From IMG/VR virus record IMGVR_UViG_3300006103_000010: a DNA stretch of 64,000 bases; one strand, written 5' to 3'. The DNA is from an uncultured virus (IMG/VR IMGVR_UViG_3300006103_000010) (lineage: Duplodnaviria; Heunggongvirae; Uroviricota; Caudoviricetes). Positions 16,189 through 27,011 of the stretch are shown here, piece after piece (position 1 is the stretch's first letter; the number at the start of each line of letters is the position of its first letter). Below the pieces are notes generated by a model. It did not search any database. It was not told where the DNA came from and saw nothing but the letters and a program-made list of their open reading frames with translations. The translations under genes were made by a program, and so were the position numbers.

Positions 16189-18809
16189 TGTTTACTTTTA
16201 ATAGCAGAAAATCACGCACTAGAGTATCTAGTGTTATTAAGTCAGCTTCAAATGGTTTTGCTACCAACCCAGCCTTTGAAGAAGATCTGGCTGCTGCATC
16301 GCAACAGGCCAAGCAGATAGTTGAGAATGCAACCCAAGTAACACAACAGCGCTCTGACATCAAACACCGTCCATCAATTGTGGGTTTTTACGTTCTTGAT
16401 GACCATGTGCCACACACCGATGAATACCCTGGGCTTGCGAAAGGGCATATACACCTGGTCCCTAGTGATGCTGATGGTGATGGTGTTGAAGACCGAGATG
16501 AAATCGGCAGACAAGAGCTAAAAACATACATGCGTGTTATGGAAGGCAAAGTTGCCAGTGGTGAGTACACCAAGGAACACTGGCCAATGGCCAAGTTCAG
16601 TGACAAGCCCAGAGTCACTCGATGGATGCGTAAGTCTGGAATGACTCACATACCCATCTACTTGAGCAAAGACATAGCATCTCGTATCAATCAAAACCGT
16701 ACTTCATTCACTCTATATACTAATTATAAAGAGATGCGTAGTGCTCTGGCCAAGGCAGCAGAAGCTGGTTATGTTTTCCCATCTGCTACAAGTGACATCA
16801 ACGATCCAAAGATGAGGATCCTAACGCGCCAGAATGGTCTGCAAGAAGCCATTGATGGTTTCTATACCAATGAAACTCCTACGCTAGACTCTGACCTTGG
16901 AGCTGAATACTGTGCTGGCTGTGGTAACAAGCGTGACAAGCACCGTGATGGTTCGGCTAACCACGAGTTCATTCCTGGAGTTATTCCAGGTACAGGTGGT
17001 AGTTTCATAGACGGAAACACTGAGCGGAGCAGGCTGTCACCACTGCGACAGTTCCCTGAGCCTACTGATATTTCTGCTCTTTCTTACCGTCAAAAGACTG
17101 GTAGAGATTACAGCACAGATTGGCAGTATGACCAGGATAACTCTGTTGGTATAGTTAATATCAGTGATCAACCACAGTTTCATGAGCGTTATTATAACCA
17201 CAAAACTCTGACCCTTCGTGGTGGAGAACAAGACATTAAAGTAAAAGCTCGCCCTGCTCACATGAATAAAAAATGTGGTACCTGCAGAGGTTCAGCAAAA
17301 ATTAACAGTGCACGTGAAGGTATTGCCATTAATGATCAAGCAGTTCCAGGCTTTGTAACAGCCAAGATGGTTACTGATCCTGTTACTGGTGAGCTGACGC
17401 TAGAGGCAAACCAGAATTCTGATGAAGCTGGATGGGCTATACGAGGGACACAGGATAATGTATGCCCTGATTGTGACCCCAGAAGATTCAAACCTTCAGA
17501 GCTAGCAGAGATGGGTGGTGACACTCTTAGCACAGAGCAAGTGTTCAAAATGATGGCAGAAAAGCCTGGTTACTTGTTCACTCCTGCAAAGCCAGCAGGC
17601 GTTAATCCCGAGAACAGAATGGCGTACCAGACTGTACAACATATTCCTGGTAACCCTGTAACAGTGCACACGGTAGAACCAACTAATGCCATTGCACGAC
17701 AGATGCCTGATCCATCGTGCTCCAATTGCCATGGTAGCACTGCTCACCAACAAGATGGCAAGCCTTGCGGTTGCACTGTTGCCAACCCCAGCAACAGTAT
17801 AGATCTTGATAATCCAGTTCCTATTCCTGGCATGCCACTCGCTCTTACCGAAGATGGAAACATGCGTGTACCGGTTCCATTGATGGAAAAAATAATCAAT
17901 GAGAGCCATGCAAAAGTTCACCGTCAGGTTTTTGGCGAAGGTTCAGATCCACGAACAACGGAAAAATTTAAGATCACCAGAATAGGTCGTGTAACAGGTA
18001 TACCAGATGTTGAAAACGAAAAAATAATCACTGATGATGAATACAGAAAAGGTTCTTTCCTGTTGAGGCCATTCAGAGATACTGCCGGTAAAAAGCGTGG
18101 TATAACACGCCTCAGAGGCCGTCTTGGAGTATTTTCACACTTTGTCAATGGTGATGGCAGTCGTGCACTCAGTGAAGATGAGCAGCAAAGAACTTCATCT
18201 ATTCTCACCAATGGTGTGTTCTTTAGCCAATCTGATAAAGCTCAGCATGCTGCTAAGTATAAAGAGATAATGAGTGGCCCCAATGCTAAAGAGTTGGGCC
18301 CAGCACAAATGCTCAAATATACCACCGACTGGCTAAGAGAAAACATTACCAGAATGTCTCCATCCGCTGGTGCTGATAAGCCACCTATCACTCGTGGAAC
18401 AATTCCATTACAAGAGAACCTGAGACAGGTACATGCAGCTGAGCTGGCCCAGGCTAGCAACATGGAAAGATTTGCAGGTATCCATGAAGACGTTATGCCT
18501 AATGTTGTACACATTAATCGTAAGATCGATCAACTAAAATCGCAAGGTGTATTGCGATCTGATGATCATGAGCTAACGAATCATCTTAGAAACATATATG
18601 GAGCAACATCAGATATTGTTAATGATCTGTACAGTAGCGCTGGCGGTGGTTTGCTGGATGAAAAAAGTGATAGGCTCAACCATTCAGTGGCGCAGCTTGC
18701 TGGTCATATCGCACAAAACTATGGAAAAAGCAGTTTGAATGCAGTAATGCCAGATGTTTTAAACATGACCTTCCCATACCTCCCACAATCAAGCAGACTT
18801 ACGAGATAG
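16188..18809 (+). CDS. large Zn-finger (CxxCxG) protein, putative internal/ejection protein
   Basis: Probable start MFTFNSRKS at 16188 in frame with ORF 16173; CAGC, CGTCRG, CPDC, CSNCHG. Confidence 0.8.
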   Translation: MFTFNSRKSRTRVSSVIKSASNGFATNPAFEEDLAAASQQAKQIVENATQVTQQRSDIKHRPSIVGFYVLDDHVPHTDEYPGLAKGHIHLVPSDADGDGVEDRDEIGRQELKTYMRVMEGKVASGEYTKEHWPMAKFSDKPRVTRWMRKSGMTHIPIYLSKDIASRINQNRTSFTLYTNYKEMRSALAKAAEAGYVFPSATSDINDPKMRILTRQNGLQEAIDGFYTNETPTLDSDLGAEYCAGCGNKRDKHRDGSANHEFIPGVIPGTGGSFIDGNTERSRLSPLRQFPEPTDISALSYRQKTGRDYSTDWQYDQDNSVGIVNISDQPQFHERYYNHKTLTLRGGEQDIKVKARPAHMNKKCGTCRGSAKINSAREGIAINDQAVPGFVTAKMVTDPVTGELTLEANQNSDEAGWAIRGTQDNVCPDCDPRRFKPSELAEMGGDTLSTEQVFKMMAEKPGYLFTPAKPAGVNPENRMAYQTVQHIPGNPVTVHTVEPTNAIARQMPDPSCSNCHGSTAHQQDGKPCGCTVANPSNSIDLDNPVPIPGMPLALTEDGNMRVPVPLMEKIINESHAKVHRQVFGEGSDPRTTEKFKITRIGRVTGIPDVENEKIITDDEYRKGSFLLRPFRDTAGKKRGITRLRGRLGVFSHFVNGDGSRALSEDEQQRTSSILTNGVFFSQSDKAQHAAKYKEIMSGPNAKELGPAQMLKYTTDWLRENITRMSPSAGADKPPITRGTIPLQENLRQVHAAELAQASNMERFAGIHEDVMPNVVHINRKIDQLKSQGVLRSDDHELTNHLRNIYGATSDIVNDLYSSAGGGLLDEKSDRLNHSVAQLAGHIAQNYGKSSLNAVMPDVLNMTFPYLPQSSRLTR

Positions 18810-18818
18810 AAAAATACA

Positions 18819-21053
18819 ATGCTGAGAACAACATTTAATGCCAAGTATGCTTCAGATTTTGATAAAAGACTTACCTCTGAAGACGATGATATAGAATCAG
18901 GTCCAATAGGCGGTAATAGAATTCCCAACTGGCAACACCTGCCAGAAGGTATCGATAGTCAGCACATTGAAAATATTATTCTTACCAACAGCCAAAAAGA
19001 CCTAGAGGACAACCGTTTTCGAATCAATTCACGTGGTGAAGAAGACAGGACTCAACCAGTTGGTAACTACTATGTGCTGCGTAGCTACTCTCAAGAAGAA
19101 AAAAATAGAATAGACAGTCTTAAAAAAGACAGAGAAAAAAGAGAGCAGCAAGCAAAGCTTCGTGGTGAGACTCTTGAGCCAGAGAGTTTTGGTACACCCT
19201 GGCAGCCTGCTTACCGTGGGGAGATCATACCAACACCTTCTAAAGAAGATCGTGCTAGCAGACTATCTCCAGAAAACCTAAGAAGGAACACGCCAAAAAC
19301 AGATACTGCATTGATCCAAGCCTATACAACTGCCGCTAACCTTATTGCATCAATGGGCGGTAACTCTCATGAAGAATGTCATGGCAAGGGCATGGTAGAT
19401 GGAAAGCAATGTGATGGCTGTAATGGTTATGGCAATATTGTTCTAGACCCAACCATGCCCGGTGAGTACGCGGATATTGCTTACTCATCTGGTGTATGGA
19501 ACCGTTCAGCACACAATCACAATCAGTTTTGCTCTGGATCTCGTTGCATTAATGGGTGTTTATTAAAGGAGATTTTTGACCCCATAAGACAAGCACACAA
19601 AGATCTTGGGTTCTCATCAGCACCTGACCACATGATCAAGGTCCAAGCTGGCTTTGATCCTGCTATAAAAGAAGACGTTGCAAGGAAAAGTGCATACAGA
19701 GCGGTTAAAGACAAGTGGAAGGACACAACTGCTGGTCTTCGTGCTATTGCTGGCAAGAACAATGTCCAAGGTGCTGCAACAGGTATAATTGGTGAAGGAG
19801 ACATTGTTAGCTGGTATGGTTCCGATGACAGGAATCCATCCGTCAACAATTTGCCAGGATCTTATCTGTTTGATCCTAATGCTACTGTGCTCATTGAGGG
19901 AACCAATGACGATGGAACCTATAGAGGTTTTGTAGACAGAAAAAATAAAGACAGGATGCAGGGAGAGATAGAAGATAGAAAAGAACGTGCCCGTCAAACA
20001 AACACGAATGGCGTGTCTGCTCTAACTCTTGATCTCGAACGTGGCAATGAACGTGATGGCTTTAGCACTGTAGAATATGGTACCAATTATAGTATTTTTC
20101 CTAAAAAAAATTGCGAAACCTGCAAGGGTAAATATGAATATATCCAAAAAGATGGTAGCCCATGTGATTGCCGTAAGGAAGATGTAAGTTGGAAAAATGA
20201 TGACCGAGACAGCACAGCAGATGTTGTAAACAGAGCGAGAGCAATTGGTGGTGGTCATAGATCAATAGCTGATCGTTCACCAACAGATGTAGTATATCTC
20301 TCGAGCATTGACCCAACGCATGTGGTAAAAACCAATCCAACTGTTCGACCACATCTTGCATACATGGGTCAGATATATCAAACAGTAAAATTCCGTGATA
20401 TCGTTGATCACTTAAAATCAACGCTAAAAAAACGAACTGGTGATGATTACGCAGAAAGCACTCTGAATAGCAGTGAGAGAGCAGTAGTACAATATCGTGA
20501 TAGCAACACCTGGGATGATGAGGGCCTGGAAAAAGTTTATAATGTTCTTCCAACTGGTCATAAAGCCATCATGCATAAGCTTTTGTTACGCCTTAACAAA
20601 AGAAATGGAGTGCCAAGCAGCTCGGTAAACTCAAGCGTACCAGATTTTAATCACCCATTGAATCTGCTTCCTCGCAGTGCTGCTGCAGATATTGATCCAT
20701 ACTATCTTACCAGAGATGTTGATGGCGGTGGCAAGAAGACCGAACTGGCTGAACCACCCAGCGTCAGCACACAACAAAAGATGATCAATGAAGGTTACCA
20801 CCCACTGGTTATGCCTGCTCCACCTAGCGCTGAAGCGGTATTTAAATCTCTACCAGATGAAGATGCCCAGTCTCTTATAGAAGGACACATTGGTGGAAAA
20901 ATTCCAAACGACAAGATAGGTGATGCGATCAACGCATTTAGAGCTACTGGTGATCTTCACCAAGCTCATTTGAGTATTAATCCTGATGCTGGTAATAGTA
21001 TAGATCGCCCAGACATTGGTGACGATGACATACCGATCTGGGAAAGAGAATAA
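18819..21053 (+). CDS. large Zn-finger (CxxCxGxG) protein, putative internal/ejection protein
   Basis: Starts MLRTTFNAKYA; CHGKG, CDGCNGYG, CETCKG...CDC. Confidence 0.8.
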   Translation: MLRTTFNAKYASDFDKRLTSEDDDIESGPIGGNRIPNWQHLPEGIDSQHIENIILTNSQKDLEDNRFRINSRGEEDRTQPVGNYYVLRSYSQEEKNRIDSLKKDREKREQQAKLRGETLEPESFGTPWQPAYRGEIIPTPSKEDRASRLSPENLRRNTPKTDTALIQAYTTAANLIASMGGNSHEECHGKGMVDGKQCDGCNGYGNIVLDPTMPGEYADIAYSSGVWNRSAHNHNQFCSGSRCINGCLLKEIFDPIRQAHKDLGFSSAPDHMIKVQAGFDPAIKEDVARKSAYRAVKDKWKDTTAGLRAIAGKNNVQGAATGIIGEGDIVSWYGSDDRNPSVNNLPGSYLFDPNATVLIEGTNDDGTYRGFVDRKNKDRMQGEIEDRKERARQTNTNGVSALTLDLERGNERDGFSTVEYGTNYSIFPKKNCETCKGKYEYIQKDGSPCDCRKEDVSWKNDDRDSTADVVNRARAIGGGHRSIADRSPTDVVYLSSIDPTHVVKTNPTVRPHLAYMGQIYQTVKFRDIVDHLKSTLKKRTGDDYAESTLNSSERAVVQYRDSNTWDDEGLEKVYNVLPTGHKAIMHKLLLRLNKRNGVPSSSVNSSVPDFNHPLNLLPRSAAADIDPYYLTRDVDGGGKKTELAEPPSVSTQQKMINEGYHPLVMPAPPSAEAVFKSLPDEDAQSLIEGHIGGKIPNDKIGDAINAFRATGDLHQAHLSINPDAGNSIDRPDIGDDDIPIWERE

Positions 21054-21054
21054 C

Positions 21055-21486
21055 ATGGAACAACAACACTATCCCGAACCAAAGGAAGTAGAACCCAACA
21101 AACACGTTTGCATCATATGCGAAAACGTTACCAGCACTGGTGATCGTGGTCCTTTACTAACTGTAGGTAGGCGCCCAGACAATGGTCAGCCTATTGATGT
21201 GCATGAACGTTGCCTGCAGTTTGTCACAACGGTAAAAGGCCCTAACTTTGATAACCTGTACAGGCCAGCTGCTGCTAGGTCTGCCAGCCAGGAAAACATC
21301 TGGGCTTTCGCCAGCAAGTTCAAGTACTACACAGCTGCATCTGGCACAGATCAGATGGCACCCACTGTGCAAGAGACATTCCCCAGCACAGATATGCCAA
21401 AAGAAGAACCAGCAGTCACAACAGATGTAATGCAGAAGAGCAAGGACGGAGCACCGCTCCCACCTCAGCCTTTCTCAAAAGCCTGA
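21055..21486 (+). CDS. hypothetical Zn-finger protein
   Basis: CIIC...HERC; in frame with ORF 21016. Confidence 0.7.
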   Translation: MEQQHYPEPKEVEPNKHVCIICENVTSTGDRGPLLTVGRRPDNGQPIDVHERCLQFVTTVKGPNFDNLYRPAAARSASQENIWAFASKFKYYTAASGTDQMAPTVQETFPSTDMPKEEPAVTTDVMQKSKDGAPLPPQPFSKA

Positions 21487-21489
21487 CAA

Positions 21490-21516
21490 TGTAATAATAG
21501 ACTGTATATACAGTAG
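21490..21516 (+). promoter_or_regulatory. candidate late promoter (TGTAATA-N15-AGTAG)
   Basis: Intergenic motif copy upstream of gene 21544. Confidence 0.5.
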
Positions 21517-21543
21517 TGTATGTACTTGATAACAGGAGTAACT

Positions 21544-22119
21544 ATGGAACCCCGTTTAAACATTAAAATCTCTCAGATCTTCGAGGCCGCAGAAGGCAAC
21601 GAGATGCCTGCAGACCCTAACTTTATTCAGCCAGGTGAGCAGTGGGTTGGTGACTACATCAACGAGGGCAATGACTTTGATCGCAACATGAAAGCTTACA
21701 TGGAGCAGCGTGAAGGCATCGGAGCTCACCTTGACGATAACGTTCAGAACATTGGGTTCAGTGGAACACCAAACCCTGCTCAAGACTATGCTCTGATGGT
21801 CATGGAGCCAGAGGTAGCTGGTTCACCAGACCTTGGTGAAGCCAACGTTAATCCACAGTTGCAAAGAGCTGCGAACAAGATTAAAAAGCAGGCCGGTGGT
21901 TTCAATACCGCTCAGGCACGTACTGATTTCACTATGGGCGTTGTAGCCAATATCAACTCAGGCACCCTGGTACAGTCTCGAGTGGTTGTTGAGACGCCAA
22001 ATACCAAGATCGCTGGAACTGTTCTAGCAGTTGGTGACAGTGAGTTCGCAGTTATCTGGGACGACAGAACTGCCAGCGTTGAGCGCAAGGCCGACTACGA
22101 ACTGGTATTTGCCGAGTAA
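21544..22119 (+). CDS. hypothetical virion protein with SH3-like C-terminus
   Basis: AGGAG RBS; LNIKIS and KKQA motifs; GTVLAV...FAVIWDD beta-barrel pattern. Confidence 0.7.
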   Translation: MEPRLNIKISQIFEAAEGNEMPADPNFIQPGEQWVGDYINEGNDFDRNMKAYMEQREGIGAHLDDNVQNIGFSGTPNPAQDYALMVMEPEVAGSPDLGEANVNPQLQRAANKIKKQAGGFNTAQARTDFTMGVVANINSGTLVQSRVVVETPNTKIAGTVLAVGDSEFAVIWDDRTASVERKADYELVFAE

Positions 22120-22123
22120 ATAT

Positions 22124-22708
22124 ATGTTTAAAACACGCAGAACCAAGATCGTTTCAGCCCCCGCTGAAGAGGTCCTTGAGGTTGTTGCTCAAGAAATTAT
22201 AGAAGAGCCAGAACCACAGACTGTATATAATATTGAACAGCTATCTATAATAAATCAAGATGATAGCGTTGCCTATGGTGTTCTCACAGACACTGCTGGT
22301 AATGAGTATGAATACGTTTGGGATAAAAAGCTGAAGCGTATCAACAGTCTGTCGGCAGATAAAATTGATAGTTTGATATGGGAGCTGTGCAGTCTGGTTC
22401 TCAATAAGTACTGGATCAGACCAGAACCAAAACAAACAGAAATACCTGTTGAATTAAAAATAGCAGAAGCATTGAAAGTAGCACTAGCACCCGTTGTTAG
22501 TTCTATAAAATCATTAGAAAATAAAGTGAACAGCAAGCCAGCGCCTGCACCACAGCAGCAGACTCCAAGGCTACAGGTGGTTCAATCAGCACCTGTTGGT
22601 GATTCACCAGCCATAAGCGTGGCAGATGATGATATCAGCGCTAATGCACTGAGATTCTTACAGCAGTCAAGCACACCGGATCTTGGCATAGATTATATGA
22701 GCCTATAG
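22124..22708 (+). CDS. hypothetical protein
   Basis: In frame with ORF 22031; ATG follows the previous stop. Confidence 0.7.
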   Translation: MFKTRRTKIVSAPAEEVLEVVAQEIIEEPEPQTVYNIEQLSIINQDDSVAYGVLTDTAGNEYEYVWDKKLKRINSLSADKIDSLIWELCSLVLNKYWIRPEPKQTEIPVELKIAEALKVALAPVVSSIKSLENKVNSKPAPAPQQQTPRLQVVQSAPVGDSPAISVADDDISANALRFLQQSSTPDLGIDYMSL

Positions 22709-22716
22709 GAGATAAC

Positions 22717-23487
22717 ATGAATTTTGCAGAGGGCAAAGGGCCAAAACAGGTTAAAAAGCCATATGTGCTTGGCAACTTTCAAACTATCTATGCTTACGAT
22801 GGAGTCGGTGGTGGAGCAGCCACATTCTCTGGTAACTACTACACAGCAGTCCAGGGTTCTAACACAGTATCTGGACAGACCTGGGCTGGTGGAATAGTCG
22901 GAAGCGTTGTTCCTGGACTAAACATCAATGTCAATGGAAATGGTACTGTTGACATCAGCTTTGTATGTAGCCCAGGTGCTAACGAGAGCGTTCAGGATAC
23001 TCAGAATGCTGGGTACACATTAAACACTGACCCCAACTTCCAGGGGGGTCCAGTTACAGTCTGGCTACAAGGTACTGCCAACCGAATGTGGGATAGCGAT
23101 GATGCCAGTTCATCACATTGGGTTAATATCACCGGCGCTAGTGGAACAATCAGTGGTGCTATGTCCAGTGTTTCAGTCAGTCCAACAGGTACTCCATGGC
23201 CTATTTATAATGCCTATCGGCTCGTAGCCAGTGGGGCTACATCCAGTGGAATAGTAAACTGGGCAATCGCTGGCATGTTCACCGACTTCAGCGCTCAGCG
23301 CGTTGGGTCTAACGCTGCTGATGCTAATGGAAACATTGGCCAGATGAGCATCCAGGCTCCTACAAACTACACCATCTCTGGTGGTAACTACACAGATAAT
23401 GACGCTACCCCTAGCAACGTTTGGGAATACGCTGGGCCTAATGCTCCTTACACTGCTGTAAAGAATGACGTTGACTTCTACGGTTAA
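22717..23487 (+). CDS. Ser/Gly/Thr-rich virion structural protein
   Basis: AGGAG RBS; beta-rich composition with many SG dipeptides. Confidence 0.7.
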   Translation: MNFAEGKGPKQVKKPYVLGNFQTIYAYDGVGGGAATFSGNYYTAVQGSNTVSGQTWAGGIVGSVVPGLNINVNGNGTVDISFVCSPGANESVQDTQNAGYTLNTDPNFQGGPVTVWLQGTANRMWDSDDASSSHWVNITGASGTISGAMSSVSVSPTGTPWPIYNAYRLVASGATSSGIVNWAIAGMFTDFSAQRVGSNAADANGNIGQMSIQAPTNYTISGGNYTDNDATPSNVWEYAGPNAPYTAVKNDVDFYG

Positions 23488-23498
23488 AGGATAATACT

Positions 23499-23690
23499 AT
23501 GGAAAGATCACAAAATATTAGAACAGCCAGCACCCGTCGCATCGGTGCTAACTTTGATTTCAATGGTAATCCTATTGACCAGAACGATGGTGGCGGAGTT
23601 ATCCGCTTCAGCAACAGCCTAGAGTTCTATGCATGCGGTCACCAAAAAGTTGGCGGTGGAGTTGACTCCTGCAGCTGTACAACCTTTTAA
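23499..23690 (+). CDS. small hypothetical protein
   Basis: AAGGA RBS; NIRTAS motif; C-terminal Cys cluster. Confidence 0.65.
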   Translation: MERSQNIRTASTRRIGANFDFNGNPIDQNDGGGVIRFSNSLEFYACGHQKVGGGVDSCSCTTF

Positions 23691-23700
23691 GGAATAATTA

Positions 23701-26058
23701 ATGCCATCCAAGGACTGGAGCGCCTCAGCGGAGCTTAACAACATGCGTAAAGCCGGTATCACTGGCTCTAGCAACCCTGTGCGCAACCGCCTTGAGACGC
23801 AAGAGCTGCTACGCAACGTTCGTACCGGAGGGTCTTTCGCTAGTGATGTTTCCAGAATGCCTACGGAAGGCCGTGAGCGACTCAATACGATGGGTGGCAG
23901 GGTTAACATGGAGGGCGGTGTATCCCGTACTCTTGGCCGTACTGCTGCTGCCACTGGGAGTGATGCTCAGTGGGCCTGGCCCAAGCTTCACGACCCATTC
24001 GAATACTGGCGTGAGCGTACCTGGTGGTTCAATATGGAGGACCCCGACGAACAGACACGTAAAATCCGTGACTGGACTCGCCTGCTTTACACCACACACT
24101 ACCTGGTACCAGGTCTTATTGATATCTACACACGCTTCCCACTCCTGGACATTGAGCTCGTCCATCACGACAAGCGCATCAGTGACTTCTACAACGAGAT
24201 GTTCTTTGATGGTCTAAACTATCAGGAGTTCCTGTTTGACCTGGGCCGTGAACACTGGACCGTTGGTGAAGTGTTTGCCATGGGCAGCTGGCACGATGGT
24301 ATTGGTGCCTGGGAAGATGATGAAATCATCAATCCAAATGACGTTATCGTTGCAAAGAACCGAGCACTTCGTACCTATCAGTACCACGTAAAGGTACCTC
24401 AGGAGATCAAGAAGCTTATTGAGACTCGTGATCCTTCACAGGAATATCAGATGCTCATGCAGATGTATCCAGACGTTGTAGCCTGGGCACGTCAGGACAA
24501 AGAGATTCCTGTCAGTGACGTGATCATGAAGCAGATCAAGTTCAAGACTAACCCCTGGAGCGAGCATGGTACTCCTATTCTGCTTCGTGCTTTTCGTATG
24601 CTTATGCTGGAAGAGAGCCTCAACGCCGCTCAGGATGCTATTGCTGACCGACTGTATTCTCCTCTTATTCTTGCAACTCTTGGTCTTCCTGATGTGGACC
24701 AGGATGGGCCTTGGATCCCTGATGCTACTGAGCTTCAGTCACTGAGAGATGACCTGAGCATGGCCATCAACTCTGACTTCCGATTGATGACCTATCACCA
24801 TGGACTACAAATCCAGAACGCCTTTGGTCGTGAGAGCATGCCACGACTGGATGCTGACTTCATGCGTGTTGAGAGCAAGATCATGCAGGTGTTCGGCATT
24901 GGCTCTGACCTGCTGCAGGGTGGCCAGGGTGGTACATACGCTAGTGGTGCACTTAACCGCGAACTGATCACACAGATGCTTAGCACCTATCAGCACAAGA
25001 TTGAGGGCTTTATTCGCAGCCGTATGGAGCCTGTCGCAGAGCGTCAGGGCCACTATGAGATGCGTACAGTGAATGGTAGGACACTGCCAATCATGGAAAC
25101 TGTTCTCATGGTGGATGAAGAGACCGGTGCTGAGTACATCGAAGAGCGACCCAAGCTGGCCATCCCAGAAGTGCGTTTCCGCAGCATGAACCTGCGTGAT
25201 GAAACCATTGAGCGAGGCTTCCTGCAGAACCTGATGGCTGCAGGCTTTCCCATCAGTCTGGGCACTCTTGCGGTCAACATCCCGATTGACTTTGATGACG
25301 AGCTAGAGACTCGTCGTGAAGAGAAGGTAAAGAGCGTTGTAGCTGAACAGCAGTTCAAGCGAGAGCTCTTCCAGCAGCTGTTGGTGCAGCAACTACCAAT
25401 CCCACCAGAATACATTCAGGAATACCAGGCCTATCTTGCAATGATGGAGAACCCAGCAATAGCTGCACAGCTAGCACCAGGTGCAATTGCTGGACTTGTT
25501 ACACCACCAGCTGCTCCCAACATGACCGGCGTGCCAGCACAAAATAGTGATGCTGCACTGGGTGCTCAGCTGTACCCAATGATCAACCAGGAAGCACAGC
25601 AGCAGACCCAGACACAGCGTGGCACAGAACGCAAGCGCCCATCTGAATCGTACGATCAAAAGAAGACACAGCCCAAGCCCAGCAAGAAGGGCCCAAAGAA
25701 TGGGCCACAGAAAAAGACAGCTGGTGTTGATGACGAAGAGCTAACAACCAGTTTTGGTGATGGCAGCGTTATCAATGAGCGTGTTGAGTACGGTGGCAGA
25801 ATGAAATTTGCCACACCTCTGGAAAGCCGTAAGCGCAGGAAGATGAAGCTGGCCAGTGGCATTAAGGTAACTCTTGATGACAGCTATGAAAAGTTTGATG
25901 AAGATCAATTTAAATCACACCTTGCGGCGCTTATAGAAGCTAGTGAAAACCCAATGATCCCTGAGCCAACAAATCTGGATGAGCACAGCAGTGGAGATGG
26001 TGGAATGGATCAACCCGCACGCCGACAGATCGATCCTACTAAAGAGGAAAACATATGA
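23701..26058 (+). CDS. portal protein
   Basis: Size and position ahead of protease/scaffold/capsid; EIINPND and PWSEHGTPILLRAFR resemble portals of Bxz1-like myoviruses; disordered ends with RTAA and KKTA sites. Confidence 0.85.
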   Translation: MPSKDWSASAELNNMRKAGITGSSNPVRNRLETQELLRNVRTGGSFASDVSRMPTEGRERLNTMGGRVNMEGGVSRTLGRTAAATGSDAQWAWPKLHDPFEYWRERTWWFNMEDPDEQTRKIRDWTRLLYTTHYLVPGLIDIYTRFPLLDIELVHHDKRISDFYNEMFFDGLNYQEFLFDLGREHWTVGEVFAMGSWHDGIGAWEDDEIINPNDVIVAKNRALRTYQYHVKVPQEIKKLIETRDPSQEYQMLMQMYPDVVAWARQDKEIPVSDVIMKQIKFKTNPWSEHGTPILLRAFRMLMLEESLNAAQDAIADRLYSPLILATLGLPDVDQDGPWIPDATELQSLRDDLSMAINSDFRLMTYHHGLQIQNAFGRESMPRLDADFMRVESKIMQVFGIGSDLLQGGQGGTYASGALNRELITQMLSTYQHKIEGFIRSRMEPVAERQGHYEMRTVNGRTLPIMETVLMVDEETGAEYIEERPKLAIPEVRFRSMNLRDETIERGFLQNLMAAGFPISLGTLAVNIPIDFDDELETRREEKVKSVVAEQQFKRELFQQLLVQQLPIPPEYIQEYQAYLAMMENPAIAAQLAPGAIAGLVTPPAAPNMTGVPAQNSDAALGAQLYPMINQEAQQQTQTQRGTERKRPSESYDQKKTQPKPSKKGPKNGPQKKTAGVDDEELTTSFGDGSVINERVEYGGRMKFATPLESRKRRKMKLASGIKVTLDDSYEKFDEDQFKSHLAALIEASENPMIPEPTNLDEHSSGDGGMDQPARRQIDPTKEENI

Positions 26059-26249
26059 GCAGATTATTTGATGATCGTTCACCCAGAATCCTGCCCAAGA
26101 CATCTTTTAACAAGAGCAGTTTCCTGGATGTTGTTAGCCCACTGGTCAAGATAGATATTATCAAAGAGGGTGAAGGGCTTACAGCACGTAATGCTAACAA
26201 GCTGAACCTTGAGAACAGTATCTACGAGAAGCTCGAGGATGACGATTGA
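26055..26249 (+). CDS. small hypothetical protein
   Basis: ATGA overlap with the portal; GAGG RBS. Confidence 0.65.
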   Translation: MSRLFDDRSPRILPKTSFNKSSFLDVVSPLVKIDIIKEGEGLTARNANKLNLENSIYEKLEDDD

Positions 26250-26607
26250 TATGGTTGCCAGCTTCTTTGACACTAGTAATGCCTGGTTTGGCTATATAGC
26301 AAACTTCTTTTTTGCAGCTGCCGGGTTCGGCGCAATAGCACGCTTTATCTACAAACTTGTTATCAAGCACAGCGATAATAAAATTGATGTAATCAAAGAA
26401 GACATCGATGACAAGTTTGAGCAGTTGCTATCACAGTGGAGACCCAATGGTGGTAGTAGCGGTAAAGACCAGCTGAACCGAATGGAAAATGGACTGACAG
26501 AACTAAAGCAGGGACAGGATGTCCTGCACATGCGTATTGATGCTATCAAAGAAGATTTTGCTGAGCACAAAGGTTATCACAGAGGTCTAATAGACGGAGA
26601 AGTTTGA
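26239..26607 (+). CDS. single-TM coiled-coil membrane protein (PNGGSS motif)
   Basis: N-terminal TM helix; RPNGGSSGKDQLNRME resembles a motif common in actinophage lysis-associated membrane proteins. Confidence 0.65.
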   Translation: MTIDMVASFFDTSNAWFGYIANFFFAAAGFGAIARFIYKLVIKHSDNKIDVIKEDIDDKFEQLLSQWRPNGGSSGKDQLNRMENGLTELKQGQDVLHMRIDAIKEDFAEHKGYHRGLIDGEV

Positions 26608-26999
26608 TGCGTGCCATCAAAAAGGTAAGCCACTGGGACTTTCACCCAAAGGTCCGTAGTGGAGACCAGAGGACATTCGGAGAAAAAAGTGCTGATGTTA
26701 TGCGGCGTAGTATGGGCAGTTGGCCTTTTGTCTTTAGTTTTTGCTGCTTTATGGCAGCTTGGATGTGGTACAACGTATCCTCAAGCAAGCCTTTTGATCC
26801 TTATCCTTATATCCTGCTTAATCTGTGTCTTTCTACTCTGGCTGGCCTGCAGGGAGCTATTCTTCTTATAGCTGCCAAGCGTGCTGATCGTATAGCTGCT
26901 GAACTTGCAGAGTACCACCTGGAAGTCAGTGAAGAGCACAGAATCATGCTGAATGAACTAAATGAACTGCTCGAGCGAAAACTAATTAACACAAAATAA
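26607..26999 (+). CDS. DUF1003-family membrane protein
   Basis: MGSWPFV...FDPYPYILLNLCLSTLA signature. Confidence 0.8.
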   Translation: MRAIKKVSHWDFHPKVRSGDQRTFGEKSADVMRRSMGSWPFVFSFCCFMAAWMWYNVSSSKPFDPYPYILLNLCLSTLAGLQGAILLIAAKRADRIAAELAEYHLEVSEEHRIMLNELNELLERKLINTK

Positions 27000-27011
27000 A
27001 TATTAAGATGA

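Noticed and set aside
16460..16500. DADGDG in the 16188 protein as an RNA polymerase active-site DxDGD motif
   Set aside because: The context SDADGDGVED fits an acidic Ca-binding-type loop, not NADFDGD, and no other polymerase motifs are visible. A structure search would settle it.
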